From positions 1 through 43,780 of the forward strand of contig JBHGBC010000033.1 of the NCBI GenBank assembly GCA_041946805.1: a stretch of DNA of 43,780 nucleotides, in the 5' to 3' direction. Of this stretch, positions 10,552-20,423 are shown one piece after another; position 1 is the stretch's first letter, and each line of letters opens with the position of its first letter. The notes beneath the pieces were generated by a model. It ran no database searches. It saw only the letters and a list, made by a program, of their open reading frames with translations, and was not told the origin of the DNA. Source of the DNA: a bacterium (lineage in GTDB: Bacteria > Hinthialibacterota > Hinthialibacteria > Hinthialibacterales > Hinthialibacteraceae). A program made the translations under genes and the position numbers.

Positions 10552-11178
10552 TTACAATTCTTTCCGGGAGGAGAGGGCCATGGCGAGGGTGGCCTCATCG
10601 GTGTATTCGAGGTCGCTGCCGGTGGGAAGTCCGCGGGCGAGGCGGGTCACCTTGATGGGGAGGGATTTCATCAGGTCCTGCAGGTAAATGGCGGTCGCGT
10701 CGCCCTCCATGGTGGGATTGGTGGCGAGGATCACCTCGCTGATCGGCTCCTGCAGCCGCCGCAGCAGTTTGGGGACGCCCAATTCTTCCGGACCGATGCC
10801 ATCGATGGGTGAGAGCGCGCCGCCCAGGATGTGGTACAGCCCGTTGTACTTGCCCGTGCGTTCGATGGCCAGCAGGTCCTGGGGCTGTTCGATCACGCAT
10901 AGGACCGTGGGATCGCGGCCCTCGCCGCGGCAGATCGGGCAGGGATCGGACTGGGCGTAGTTGCCGCACGACGAGCAGCGCCGCACTTCGGTGGCCAGTT
11001 GCTGGAGGGCGGCGGCCAGTTCCTCGATGTCCCGCTTGCCGCGCTTGAGCAACGCAAAGGTCAACCGTTGGCCCATGCGCGGGCCGATGCCCGGCAGTTT
11101 GGCCAGTTGCCGGGCCACTTCATCCACGGCGGGAATCCAGGAAAGGGGGCGGGACCGCCCGGCGGTTTTTTCGGTCAT
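10552..11178 (-). CDS. recR: Recombination mediator RecR
   Basis: LPGIGPR HhH, CSSC..CPIC zinc finger, TOPRIM (YHILGGALSPIDGIGP, EVILATNPTMEGDATA). Start ATG 11178 overlaps the ybaB stop. Confidence 0.96.
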   Translation of the reverse strand: MTEKTAGRSRPLSWIPAVDEVARQLAKLPGIGPRMGQRLTFALLKRGKRDIEELAAALQQLATEVRRCSSCGNYAQSDPCPICRGEGRDPTVLCVIEQPQDLLAIERTGKYNGLYHILGGALSPIDGIGPEELGVPKLLRRLQEPISEVILATNPTMEGDATAIYLQDLMKSLPIKVTRLARGLPTGSDLEYTDEATLAMALSSRKEL

Positions 11179-11507
11179 AACGTGATTCCAGGAATGGAAA
11201 TCCCCCCGGTCAGGGCGCTCATCCGCTCTTTGACCATTTCCTGCACCCGGTCCTGCGCCTCGTTGACGGCCACCAGGACCAGATCTTCCAGCAGGGAGGC
11301 GTCCTCGGCCCTGATCACGGCTGGATCGATGCGGAGAGAGCGGATTTTCTGTTTGCCGTTCATGATGACCGTGACCATCCCCCCGCCAGAACTGGCGGTC
11401 ACTTCGAGCTGCTCGAGCTCTTCCTGCATATCCGCCAGTTTTTTCTGGATCTGCTGGGCTTGTTTGACCATGTTGGCGATATTCCCCAGGTTTCCAAGTC
11501 CCTTCAT
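11175..11507 (-). CDS. ybaB: YbaB/EbfC nucleoid-associated protein
   Basis: KQAQQIQ, SGGGMVTV, LEDLVLVAVNEA; located between dnaX and recR. Confidence 0.95.
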   Translation of the reverse strand: MKGLGNLGNIANMVKQAQQIQKKLADMQEELEQLEVTASSGGGMVTVIMNGKQKIRSLRIDPAVIRAEDASLLEDLVLVAVNEAQDRVQEMVKERMSALTGGISIPGITL

Positions 11508-11556
11508 GCGTTACGCTCCTATGGGGGGGGTAAGGATAGTTTTGTTCAGAATTTTG

Positions 11557-11828
11557 TTGGGCTGCGCTGCGCTTTGAGCCTAGCTTGTTGTTAGTCTGAT
11601 CACCCTTCATAACATATATTGCTTATCAGAATGTCTGTTCCCTGTCAAAGTAGGGGCACGTTGCAACGTGCTCCCTCCGATCCTATCGCGATGTCACTTC
11701 TTTCCCTCACCCCGGCCCTCTCCCAGAGGGAGAGGGAGATGAAGAAAGCCATTGTGGATTTCGTGGATTTCGCGTCGCGGGAACCCATCCTGTGAGGTCC
11801 TTTATTGGGCTGCGCTGCGCTTTGAGCC
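11557..11828. repeat. REP-like mosaic between dnaX and ybaB bounded by identical 24-bp direct repeats (cluster D)
   Basis: TTGGGCTGCGCTGCGCTTTGAGCC at 11557-11580 and 11805-11828; inside are GTAGGGGCACGTTGCAACGTGCTCCCT 11650-11676, BoxC-like 11704-11736 and GTGGATTTC..CCCATCC 11763-11790. Confidence 0.85.
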
Positions 11829-11843
11829 CATCTTGCTAATCTC

Positions 11844-13688
11844 CTACGGTTCGGCCGGGGGATTGGCCGGTTTGATCTGGATGATCCGGCCGGGCAGTTC
11901 CTCCATCAATTTGTTGAAGATCTTGTTTTGTTGAATCTTGTCTAACAACTTTTCCCGGGAAACCGGGGGAGCCGCCGGTTTGGAGACGGATTCAGCCTCG
12001 GCGGGAAGCTGCAAATCCTCCCGGGCCTCGACGCGCAAGGTGTATTTCTTGCCGAATGATTCGTAAATCAGGTTGGAGAGTATTTCACGGTTGCGGGATT
12101 GTTCCAGCATCCGGCCATAATAGGCGTTGGCCGCCGGGATGGCGATACGCAGGGTATCCCCGGTGATATCCAGGGGAACGCTATGCTGCAACACCGCGGC
12201 GAGCAGGGGATCGATGTGATTGTCGATCTCCTTCAAAAAGTGGTTCCACATCGTGGCGAGTGAATCCGCGCCGGCCGCCGGAGCCCCGGGAGTGCTGGAG
12301 GAACTTCCCGCTTCCGGTTTGGATTCCCGGGGTGGTTCACCGGCGGGGGATCCCGGTCCAGAAGCGGAATGCCGGTCCTGGGACGGCTGATCTCCCGATC
12401 CTTTCGCCGGAGGGGCGTTATTTTCGTCGAACAGCGCTCCGTCCGGCCGGGATTCGGATTTGGAGACGGGATGGGCGGAGGAGGCCGGAGGAGGCGGTGT
12501 CCGGGGCGCATCGAGCGCGATTCCGGCGCCGCCGGCGGTGAGGCGCTTGAGCAGATCCTCCACCTTCACCGCCTGGCCCGCCTTGGCCGCCTTGATCGAA
12601 GCCAGTTCGAAGACCAGCCGCGCCATGGGAGACGTGCGCATGCGGTACTCGGTCTCCCAAAACTGGTCGGTGATATACAAAATTTGCTCGAGGGTGGTCA
12701 TCGCGGCGGTTTCCAGCAGTTGCCAGCAGTACTCTTCGGGGAGGTCCAGCAAATCGACATTGGAGGAGGCGACCTTGACCACCGCAAGGTCGCGCAGATG
12801 CTGCATGCATTCCTTGAAAAACAGGCCGATTTCGCGGCCCTTCTGGCTCAGCGATTCGATCACGTCCAGGATGACCGGCAAATCGTGCTGGATCAGGGCG
12901 CGGACATAACGGTCCACCTGGTCGTATTCGATCGCCCCGAGAACTTCCTTGACTTCCGCCAGGGTCAGGCGGCCCGAACAGAAGGCCAGCATCTGGTCGA
13001 GCGAGAACAAGGCGTCGCGCAGCCCGCCTTCCGCCGAGCGCGCGATGAGGTAGAGAACCGTGTCCAGTTCAGCCGGGTCCGCCGCCACGGTTTCGTCCTG
13101 TTGGCGCAGGACTTTTTTGAGATGCTCGACGATCACCGAGGCGGGAATGCGCCGGAACGGGTAGCGCTGGCACCGCGACAGGATGGTGGGCATTATTTTG
13201 TGAATTTCCGTCGTGGCGAAGATGAAACAACAGTGGGATGGCGGCTCTTCCAGAATTTTGAGCAGTGCGTTGTTCGCCTGGTTGGAGAGCATGTGCGATT
13301 CATCGATCACGTAGATCTTGTAACGCCCCAGGCTGGGCGTGAACCGCGCGTTTTCCCGCAACTCCCGGATGTTCTCGACACCCGTGTTGGAGGCGGCGTC
13401 AACTTCCAGCACGTCGGGGTGGGTGCCGTGGATGATCATGCGGCACGAATCGCATTCGTTGCAGGGCTCGCTGTCCTGGAGGTTTTCGCAGTTCAGCGCC
13501 TTGGCCAGAATCCGGGCGGTCGTGGTCTTGCCGGTGCCGCGGGGGCCGGAGAAGAGGTAGGCGTTGGCGATCTTTCCACGCCGGAGGCTGTTCTGCAGCG
13601 TCCGGGTGACATGTTCCTGGGCGAGGACATCGGCGAAAGTGGCGGGCCGGTGTTTCAGCGCGGAAACAATGTAGGGATTGGACGCCAT
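11844..13688 (-). CDS. dnaX: DNA polymerase III subunit gamma/tau
   Basis: SGPRGTGKTT, CENL..PCNECDSC, IDESHML, LLKILEEPP, SRCQ; Pro-rich linker and C-terminal tau domain. Start ATG 13688 (MASNPYIV). Confidence 0.96.
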   Translation of the reverse strand: MASNPYIVSALKHRPATFADVLAQEHVTRTLQNSLRRGKIANAYLFSGPRGTGKTTTARILAKALNCENLQDSEPCNECDSCRMIIHGTHPDVLEVDAASNTGVENIRELRENARFTPSLGRYKIYVIDESHMLSNQANNALLKILEEPPSHCCFIFATTEIHKIMPTILSRCQRYPFRRIPASVIVEHLKKVLRQQDETVAADPAELDTVLYLIARSAEGGLRDALFSLDQMLAFCSGRLTLAEVKEVLGAIEYDQVDRYVRALIQHDLPVILDVIESLSQKGREIGLFFKECMQHLRDLAVVKVASSNVDLLDLPEEYCWQLLETAAMTTLEQILYITDQFWETEYRMRTSPMARLVFELASIKAAKAGQAVKVEDLLKRLTAGGAGIALDAPRTPPPPASSAHPVSKSESRPDGALFDENNAPPAKGSGDQPSQDRHSASGPGSPAGEPPRESKPEAGSSSSTPGAPAAGADSLATMWNHFLKEIDNHIDPLLAAVLQHSVPLDITGDTLRIAIPAANAYYGRMLEQSRNREILSNLIYESFGKKYTLRVEAREDLQLPAEAESVSKPAAPPVSREKLLDKIQQNKIFNKLMEELPGRIIQIKPANPPAEP

Positions 13689-13703
13689 GGGAGAGATCTC
13701 AAG

Positions 13704-13974
13704 GGGGTGTGCACCCTTTCTTTGAGAAAACGCTTCCGAGCGCCACCGCGCAGGTGGCTCCAGACGGGCGCTCCCGCGGCACATGCCGGTATTCTCTTAA
13801 GGCTGCTTCCTTTCGGACCTGACCTGGTTCGAGAGCCGGCATTGCGCGGGACCTGTCCTTCAACGCTCCTTACGCGGCGCTGCCTCACAAGCGCATCCCG
13901 GGGAAAGGGAATTCGGCCCTGCTGGAGCGGGTTGCAGGTTCAGGGCACCGCTACCTCCCCGCTTAGCACACCCC
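13704..13974 (-). ncRNA. ffs: Signal recognition particle RNA, large bacterial type with Alu domain
   Basis: Minus strand starts GGGGTGTGCTAAGCGGGGAGGTAGCGGTGCCCTGAACCTGCAACCCGC (Bacillus-like Alu 5' end), contains domain IV CAGGTCAGGTCCGAAAGGAAGCAGC, ends GCACACCCC complementary to the 5' end; directly upstream of dnaX. Confidence 0.93.
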
Positions 13975-14014
13975 AAGATGGATTTGTTTTTCCACCTCTC
14001 CACCCGATTGTACT

Positions 14015-14755
14015 TTATTCCGGTTGCGGGGTGGAGGTTTTGTACGCCTCGTATTCGGCGGGGGACATGATCAACGCCCGCTTGATCTCCACCGGCATCA
14101 CCGGCAGGCTGCGGTTTCCGCCGGGATCGCTCTTCACCGGGGCGGTGGCGATCTTGTCCACCACATCCATGCCGTCCATCACTTCCCCGAAGACCGTGTA
14201 TTTATTAGGCAGCCGGTCCAGGTTCGGAGCGTCCGCGTGGCAGATAAAGAACTGCGATCCGGCGCTGTCCGGATGGGCTGCGCGCGCCATCGACAACGTG
14301 CCCCGCTTGTGGAGACGATTGTTGAATTCCGCCTTGATCGTATAACCGGGCCCGCCGGTTCCCCATTTCGCCACATCATCCTTTTTGGTATTCGGGTCGC
14401 CGCCCTGGATCATGAATCCCTTGATCACGCGGTGAAACTTGGTCCCGTCATAGAATTTTTCCCGGGCCAGTTTCTTGAAATTGTCCACATGGTTGGGAGC
14501 CACATCGGGGAAAAAGCGCAATACGATCCTTCCGGCGCTGGTTTCCAACACCGCGATTTCTTCCTGGACTCCCGCGCTTTCCGGCTGCTTCACATCTGAT
14601 GCTTGACCGCTCACAGGTTTCTCTTCTCCGCCGGAAGGGGCTGGCCAGAGTCCCACGGGATCCGCGGACACATACGCCGGGCCAATCAGGCCTCCCGCGA
14701 AAACCGCGATCCCCAAGGCCAAAGCGAGTAGAAGAAAGGCACATCTCTGATTCAT
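14015..14755 (-). CDS. Cyclophilin-type peptidyl-prolyl cis-trans isomerase, exported
   Basis: FYDGTKFHRVIKGFMIQGGDP, LSMARA, SAGSQFFI, YTVFGEV; hydrophobic N-terminal signal. Confidence 0.93.
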   Translation of the reverse strand: MNQRCAFLLLALALGIAVFAGGLIGPAYVSADPVGLWPAPSGGEEKPVSGQASDVKQPESAGVQEEIAVLETSAGRIVLRFFPDVAPNHVDNFKKLAREKFYDGTKFHRVIKGFMIQGGDPNTKKDDVAKWGTGGPGYTIKAEFNNRLHKRGTLSMARAAHPDSAGSQFFICHADAPNLDRLPNKYTVFGEVMDGMDVVDKIATAPVKSDPGGNRSLPVMPVEIKRALIMSPAEYEAYKTSTPQPE

Positions 14756-14992
14756 TGGTATTCCTCTATCTTTTTAGCGTTGAATGGGCGGAACCGGTTG
14801 CCGGGGGAACAGAATTCCCTTCCGAAAATGGCTATGCCGTAAGTAATCACTCTACCCATTTGAAACCACTCAGGCAAGGGGAAAGAAAAGCGGCGCGCCG
14901 GGCCCCTTTTGAAGGATACCTGCATCAAAATGTTACAAACATTCTTACAATGCGAATCGACCGGGGGGAGGATTATCAAAAAGAAAGAGAAA

Positions 14993-15227
14993 GCGGGTGG
15001 GCGAACCTCCAGGTGAGCCGTTTCACCCCACTGATTTCATGTCCAAGAACGGCCCGGCGGGATCCTCGCCCTCCCATACCCCCCCGGGTTCGATTGTTAG
15101 TCTGAATCAGAATGGTCAGGATGCCCAGGATGACCCGGATTGAGGATAGGTTACGCTTTGCTAACCCATCCTATCATTCTTACCCAGGGCGTTACCATGG
15201 GCTAGCATCATACGCGCCGTTGGCGCT
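14993..15227. repeat. REP-like mosaic (cluster E)
   Basis: GGGCGAACCTCCAGGTGAGCCG ~14999-15020; GTCTGAATCAGAATGGTCAGGAT.. 15100-15141; GGATAGGTTACGCTTTGCTAACCCATCCTA 15144-15173; CCCAGGG..CCATGGGCTA..GCGCCGTTGGCGCT 15183-15227. Confidence 0.75.
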
Positions 15228-15375
15228 GGAAACAAAACCTGAATGCCGTAAATAAATCAAGAAATTATACGGTTCTTTATCAAATCAATGTCTTTCTGGA
15301 TTCATTCGTTTATCCGGCACGCCTTTGGCTATAGAATAAAGGAGACATGGCAGGTTCGGATATCGCAGACGGGAA

Positions 15376-18300
15376 ATGGGCAAGGCCGTGAGAATCCTCA
15401 GAACTCTATGGCTGTCGGTGATCCTGTCGGGCATGATGAGGGCGGGATTGGCGGATGAGATCGTCCGGATTCGCCATGCCTCTCCCCAGGATTACCTAGG
15501 GTCGTGGGGCGCGGGATTCACCGTACCTCCCGCGGAAGCTCTGTTCCAGGAGGCTTCCAAACGTCCCGTTCTCGAAGCGTTGACTCCCGCATGGGAATTT
15601 TATGTGGATTCCGCCCAGGAAACGCCGGCCATCCACCGCCGAAGCCGCCTCAATCCCGCCGATACTCCCAAAATGTGGGGCAAATTCCCGAAAGGCGATG
15701 CTTTCTCCAATCCGCTGGCCGCCCATGGCCGGATCTGGCTGTTCGCGAGAAACCAGGGGAAATGGGTCCTCTGCCAGGCAGCCTTCGACCGGGCGTCACC
15801 GCAGTGGATATCCGCCGGATTAGGACCAAGTGGGATCGTGCAGTTTTTCCTGGATGAGGACAGCGATCCCATACTGGTCTACATGGACAACGACCGCCGC
15901 TGGCGGTTCCAGCGGGGGAAATTCACCGGCGGCGGGCAGTCGCTGGTTTGGGAACCCGAAGAGAAGATCACGCGCCTGGAAGCGCAGGTGTTGTTGCAAA
16001 CCGCGCGCGAGGCGGTCACCCGGCTGGGCATGACTGGAGAGTTTGACATCGGGGGGGAGGGTGTGTTTCTGTCTCTTTCCTGCCAAGCGCCCCGTGACAT
16101 CTTGTTTCGCTACCGCAGCAGTCCCGAGGCGGGTCAGCCCTACGGTCCCTGGAGCGATCCGCAATCCCGGGAGACGATTCAACTGAATCAACGCGGGAGG
16201 TACTTTCAGTATCAACTGCTTCCCGGAGGTCAAACCGTACCATCTGACCCGGTTAGTCCCCAAATCACCTTGTGTTTCACCCACGCCAAAGACAGTGCTT
16301 CCGGCAGGGGAACCAGCGTGGCGCGAGCCGGGAGCAGCTTGGCGGGAGTCACGGCAAATGACGGCGGATTCGGGAAAAACCTCGCTTCGGTGGTGGAAGG
16401 GATGGCGTTTGGCGATCAATTGTCCCAAGCGGCGGCGGCGCTCGATCCCGAAGCGCTCACGTCGTTGGAGAATTCATCCCGGGAAGAGATGAATAATCCG
16501 CAACCAAATCCGGCATCAAGTGAAATTACCAATCCCCAAAAACCGGAGAGCGGCCGGGCATCGGTCATAAATCCAAGATTATCAGAAGGATCGGATAAGA
16601 CGAAATCCAATCCGGCGGATTCGGCCTCCACGGCGGAGAAACCTTCGACTGCGGGAAGATCAAACGGCGGCCGGACTCAACCGTCCGGTTCCTCCCCCTA
16701 TCCTGAAAAACAAAAATTCGCAACACCCTCCGAAACGGAAAAGTCTGGAACAAACGATACCGGTTCCTCCCCATCTGACAAACCCGGTCCGCAAAATCAG
16801 ACAATCCAGGATCCAAAGGATACGTCTCCGGAAAAGCCACCTGGAGACGAGGCGAAGCAGCCAGGGGAAGAGAATCCTGTTTCGCCGGATTCCAAACCTT
16901 CGTCTTCCAGAGATTCTTCTCCCTCCAAAATCCAATCACCCGCGGGAACCAAGCAGACTCAAGGCAAGCCTTCCAGTTCCGGGACACCAGCGCAAACAGC
17001 GGATGATTCCCCAAAATCCAATGATTCCCCTAATCCGGCGCCGGCTTCTCCCGGTCCGGGGGGAGAAGATGGTAAAACGGCGAGCCCTCCCGAAAAGCAG
17101 GCGGGCCAGGCGCCGTCCGCCCAGAAAACGGAGGGCGAGCCAACTTCCGCCCGGGTTTTCAATTACGGAATCGAGAATCCGGCCAGCCCCAACTCGGCTT
17201 CTTCGGCGGAAGATCAGGGAAAAGCCGGAAAGACAAGCGCCTCCCAAAAGCCACGCGAAGCCCGGAGTGAAAATCAGGCCAATCAAGGTCCGGAAGCCCG
17301 GGGTGAACAATCGGGACAGGCGGAATCCTCCAGTACCGGAGATCCGGATGCGCAAAACCTGCCATCCGCCGGGCCGAACACGCCGGGTGGGGAGGCCAAC
17401 TCCGAGCCTTCATCCCAGCCCAACGAAAACAAACCAAAATCTGAAGGCGGATCACCCCAGAAGGTATCCGTTCTAAAGCCGGACGGGCCGCCAGGGGAGA
17501 GCACGGCCGGCGGCCATCCGGGTGGCGGCGGGGATTCTTCCTTTCCATCTTCATCCCCCGCGAGTCCGGATTCATCCGGGGCGGAAAAGCAGCCGGCCGG
17601 TCCCGCGTCTGGCGAAGACTCTCACACAGGAGAAAGTCCTGAAGGAGACTCATCTTCTCCCCAAGCATCCCACCCGGAAAACGCCGAAGGTGATGCCACC
17701 AATCCCAACGCCGAGAGACCGTCCAAAGGCCCGGCTGGAGAAGTACTTCCCCCGGGATTCGTGGGTGGCGCGGGAAACGCCTCCGGTCCAGGCCCGCGGG
17801 TTTTCGCCGCGACCGAGAATATCGATGCGGCCACGCGGTATGTCCTGGACGTGGCGGGCATCGTGGATTCCGTCCGCGGCCATCCCGGCTGGTGGGGACT
17901 GGCATTGCTGGTGATCCTCTCTCCGTTCCTCCATCGTGGAATTCAGCGCTGGATCGCATCGCGGACGGTGGAAGGCGCCATCGAGAGGTTTCCTCCCGTT
18001 CAAAGCGCCCGGGAACGAACCGAAGCCTGGATCCAACGGATTAACGAAAAGGTATTCAACTGGAACTATGTCATCCGGTTTCAGCCCTGGGTGACCGCCG
18101 CCGATTTGTCCAATGAGTCGCTGATCTTGATGAACGAGGAGGGGAAGATCGCCGGCGTGTCTCTCGAGACCTTTACGGGAACCGGCCGGGCGGTCGATTC
18201 CGCGATTCTTTTCAAGCATCTGGCTTCGCTTTCGATTTCACTTTGGAACGTCCGGTTCGCGCAAGACAATGAGGAACTTTTGCTGCTGGGCCGCGACGCC

Positions 18301-18972
18301 AAGGGCAAGATCAAAGGCAAGCGGTTCCGGGTTCCCACGTTCGACAAGGGCCGCCGCCTGTCCGGTCCCCGGGCGCTGTACCGGGTCGTGCGCCTTTTTT
18401 CCCGGGGACGCCGGGATTGGACGGTGGGGGATTCAGAAGGCGGCCGGATGCTGATGACCCGCCAGCAGAACCGCATACTGCCTTCACAGTGGCGGGAGGA
18501 ACGTCCCGCCGAGTTGGAGGGCGGTGCGGTCATCACGCTGTCCGGCGGATATGAACCCATCCTGGCGGGAGTGCCCGCGGAGGATCCGGACCATTTGTGG
18601 ATGTTCCGGCGGGAACACAACGGGCGGAAAGAGGCAGTCTGGAAACCCATCGCCAAAACCGATTACAGCGGCCAGGAGTGTTTGATGCACGTCACCGCGC
18701 GGCGGGGATTCATCATCGAGACCTCGGAAAAAAGCCGCCGCCTCGGCGTGCATCTCTTCGCCCGGGACGCCAAAGGGAGTTTCAACGTCCGGTTCAGCAA
18801 CACGGTTTCCGTTCCCTGCGCCGCGCGGTATTTCGCCGTCAGCCTGGCCAAGGATTTTCTCTTTGTTTTGGGGCGGGAGGACACGCCGGGCAGCGGATCG
18901 TTGTCGTCCTTCGTTTTGCTGGTGGCGTACACCGGAGACTTGTTGCGGTTGCCCGGCCAAGCGGAAGAGTGA
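15376..18972 (+). CDS. Large hypothetical single-pass membrane protein with long S/P/G-rich disordered stalk
   Basis: RBS AAGGAG region upstream, signal-like N-terminus, low-complexity region ~16480-17800, TM-like WWGLALLVILSPFL (~17890-17931), ~340-aa C-terminal domain. Confidence 0.75.
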   Translation: MGKAVRILRTLWLSVILSGMMRAGLADEIVRIRHASPQDYLGSWGAGFTVPPAEALFQEASKRPVLEALTPAWEFYVDSAQETPAIHRRSRLNPADTPKMWGKFPKGDAFSNPLAAHGRIWLFARNQGKWVLCQAAFDRASPQWISAGLGPSGIVQFFLDEDSDPILVYMDNDRRWRFQRGKFTGGGQSLVWEPEEKITRLEAQVLLQTAREAVTRLGMTGEFDIGGEGVFLSLSCQAPRDILFRYRSSPEAGQPYGPWSDPQSRETIQLNQRGRYFQYQLLPGGQTVPSDPVSPQITLCFTHAKDSASGRGTSVARAGSSLAGVTANDGGFGKNLASVVEGMAFGDQLSQAAAALDPEALTSLENSSREEMNNPQPNPASSEITNPQKPESGRASVINPRLSEGSDKTKSNPADSASTAEKPSTAGRSNGGRTQPSGSSPYPEKQKFATPSETEKSGTNDTGSSPSDKPGPQNQTIQDPKDTSPEKPPGDEAKQPGEENPVSPDSKPSSSRDSSPSKIQSPAGTKQTQGKPSSSGTPAQTADDSPKSNDSPNPAPASPGPGGEDGKTASPPEKQAGQAPSAQKTEGEPTSARVFNYGIENPASPNSASSAEDQGKAGKTSASQKPREARSENQANQGPEARGEQSGQAESSSTGDPDAQNLPSAGPNTPGGEANSEPSSQPNENKPKSEGGSPQKVSVLKPDGPPGESTAGGHPGGGGDSSFPSSSPASPDSSGAEKQPAGPASGEDSHTGESPEGDSSSPQASHPENAEGDATNPNAERPSKGPAGEVLPPGFVGGAGNASGPGPRVFAATENIDAATRYVLDVAGIVDSVRGHPGWWGLALLVILSPFLHRGIQRWIASRTVEGAIERFPPVQSARERTEAWIQRINEKVFNWNYVIRFQPWVTAADLSNESLILMNEEGKIAGVSLETFTGTGRAVDSAILFKHLASLSISLWNVRFAQDNEELLLLGRDAKGKIKGKRFRVPTFDKGRRLSGPRALYRVVRLFSRGRRDWTVGDSEGGRMLMTRQQNRILPSQWREERPAELEGGAVITLSGGYEPILAGVPAEDPDHLWMFRREHNGRKEAVWKPIAKTDYSGQECLMHVTARRGFIIETSEKSRRLGVHLFARDAKGSFNVRFSNTVSVPCAARYFAVSLAKDFLFVLGREDTPGSGSLSSFVLLVAYTGDLLRLPGQAEE

Positions 18973-18977
18973 GGAGA

Positions 18978-20060
18978 TTATTTGGGGGGTATATTTTTCG
19001 GGGTTTTGGGATTCCCGGGAGAGCGGACGCCGGGCGTGAGAGGTTGGCCCCGCCGCACGGCTTCCTGCAGTTTCATGTATTCCTCCCGCATCACTTCATC
19101 CAGGGGAGGAAGCCAGTTGGCGTCCAATTTGAGCGTGGTCGATGCCAGGACATGATATGGATAGGCGGAAGCGTCGAGGGAAGGATAGTCCGGCGTGGGC
19201 CGCAGGTTCGTGGCGAGGGCGCCCTTCGCCAGGGTGAATAGAAGCAAAAACTGCGGAGGAATAGCGGTTGGAATCAATTGTTCGAAGCATTTGAAGCGGC
19301 CTTCGTTGTCCACCGGCCCGTAATTCTGCCATAACACCGAGCCATCGTTTCCGACCACCGCGGCGCCCACCCAATACGTCAGCGCGCCGCCGGGAACGGT
19401 CACGGATTCCCGGGGCGAGATGGTTCCCGTCACCGCGAAGTACCGGTTCTCCGAGTTTTGAGGATTCGCCGTTGGGGGAGCGATTCCCAATTCCTTGAGA
19501 CGCTGTTCTTCGGCATGCAACAGGCGGCCGATCAGGTTGGGATCGATCATCCCGAATGAAATTTCGCTGAATACAAAGGGCTCGGGGTGGATCATCACCT
19601 TCGCGGCGTCCACCCGTTCGTTACCCGGAACCTGTAATTGCTGCGTCCCTTCGGAGGTGAGTTGCACGAAAGGATACAGGACCAGTTCCGGATAAAAATA
19701 CACCAATCCGGTCGCGCCTTGCACTTTCCCCGCGGGTTGACTGGCGGCCGCGGCCGGCTGTGTGGCCGGGGAAACCGGACCGGAGGCAGGGAGTTGCTTC
19801 CCGCGGTATTGTTGGAGGACTTTCTTGGCGGTTTCCAGGTCCTTGAACGATCCCTTGTATTCCGCGTCCACCTTGACCCAGTAGCGGCCCCGGAATTCGA
19901 ACAGCTGGACGCCGCTTTCCCGCGCCTTCTTCACGTCCTCGAGCGACCGGCAATGCACCACGCCGTCCGGAGATACGGCCGGCTGGGAAAGCGCGGACGC
20001 TACGGCGGCGCAGCCCCAAGCGGCAACCAGCAGTAATATTGCGCATCGTTTCATGGACAT
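18978..20060 (-). CDS. Hypothetical exported protein
   Basis: 360-aa ORF with signal peptide (MKRCAILLLVAAWGCAAVASA); convergent with the 1198-aa gene. Confidence 0.75.
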   Translation of the reverse strand: MSMKRCAILLLVAAWGCAAVASALSQPAVSPDGVVHCRSLEDVKKARESGVQLFEFRGRYWVKVDAEYKGSFKDLETAKKVLQQYRGKQLPASGPVSPATQPAAAASQPAGKVQGATGLVYFYPELVLYPFVQLTSEGTQQLQVPGNERVDAAKVMIHPEPFVFSEISFGMIDPNLIGRLLHAEEQRLKELGIAPPTANPQNSENRYFAVTGTISPRESVTVPGGALTYWVGAAVVGNDGSVLWQNYGPVDNEGRFKCFEQLIPTAIPPQFLLLFTLAKGALATNLRPTPDYPSLDASAYPYHVLASTTLKLDANWLPPLDEVMREEYMKLQEAVRRGQPLTPGVRSPGNPKTPKNIPPK

Positions 20061-20091
20061 ACTTCTTTCGGGGAATCATGAATTGTTTGTG

Positions 20092-20253
20092 GTGGACTAC
20101 GCTGCGCTGTGAGCCCACCTTGCCTCACTGCGCGTAAACGGAGCACGTGGCAACACGCCCCTTTTTTGCGGCCAAGACGGCTTGGCCTTCCTTCACCCTG
20201 GTCCTCTATCCGGAAGGCCCAATGGATTACGCGCTTGGGCGCTAATCCTTCCT
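20092..20253. repeat. Degenerate REP-like mosaic (cluster F)
   Basis: GGACTACGCTGCGCTGTGAGCCCACCTTG (variant of the 11557/11805 repeat), GGAGCACGTGGCAACACGCCCC 20140-20161, ATGGATTACGCG..GCGCTAATCCTTCCTA from 20222. Confidence 0.6.
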
Positions 20254-20423
20254 ATTGTACAACAGGACCACCCATCTTCGGATTCCAGGGTTCTTTTGGT
20301 ATTTTAAAAAACGCTTCCGGGGAGGATGTCCAAGCACGCCGCCCCGGATACCCAGGTCTTCCTGTGCATGCCGTATATAGTAATAGCGAAATCGCCAATT
20401 TGGCATAGGATAAGAATCCTTCC

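Noticed and set aside
11179..11610. 352-aa RecR with a long N-terminal extension
   Set aside because: Extension overlaps ybaB in another frame; the real start at 11178 is coupled to the ybaB stop.
13112..13118. AAAAAAG in dnaX as a tau/gamma frameshift site
   Set aside because: Lies inside the AAA+ domain and is phased C-AAA-AAA-G rather than A-AAA-AAG; wrong position for gamma.
13689..13784. N-terminal extension of dnaX in the ORF track
   Set aside because: Overlaps the SRP RNA; DnaX similarity begins at MASNPYIV (13688).
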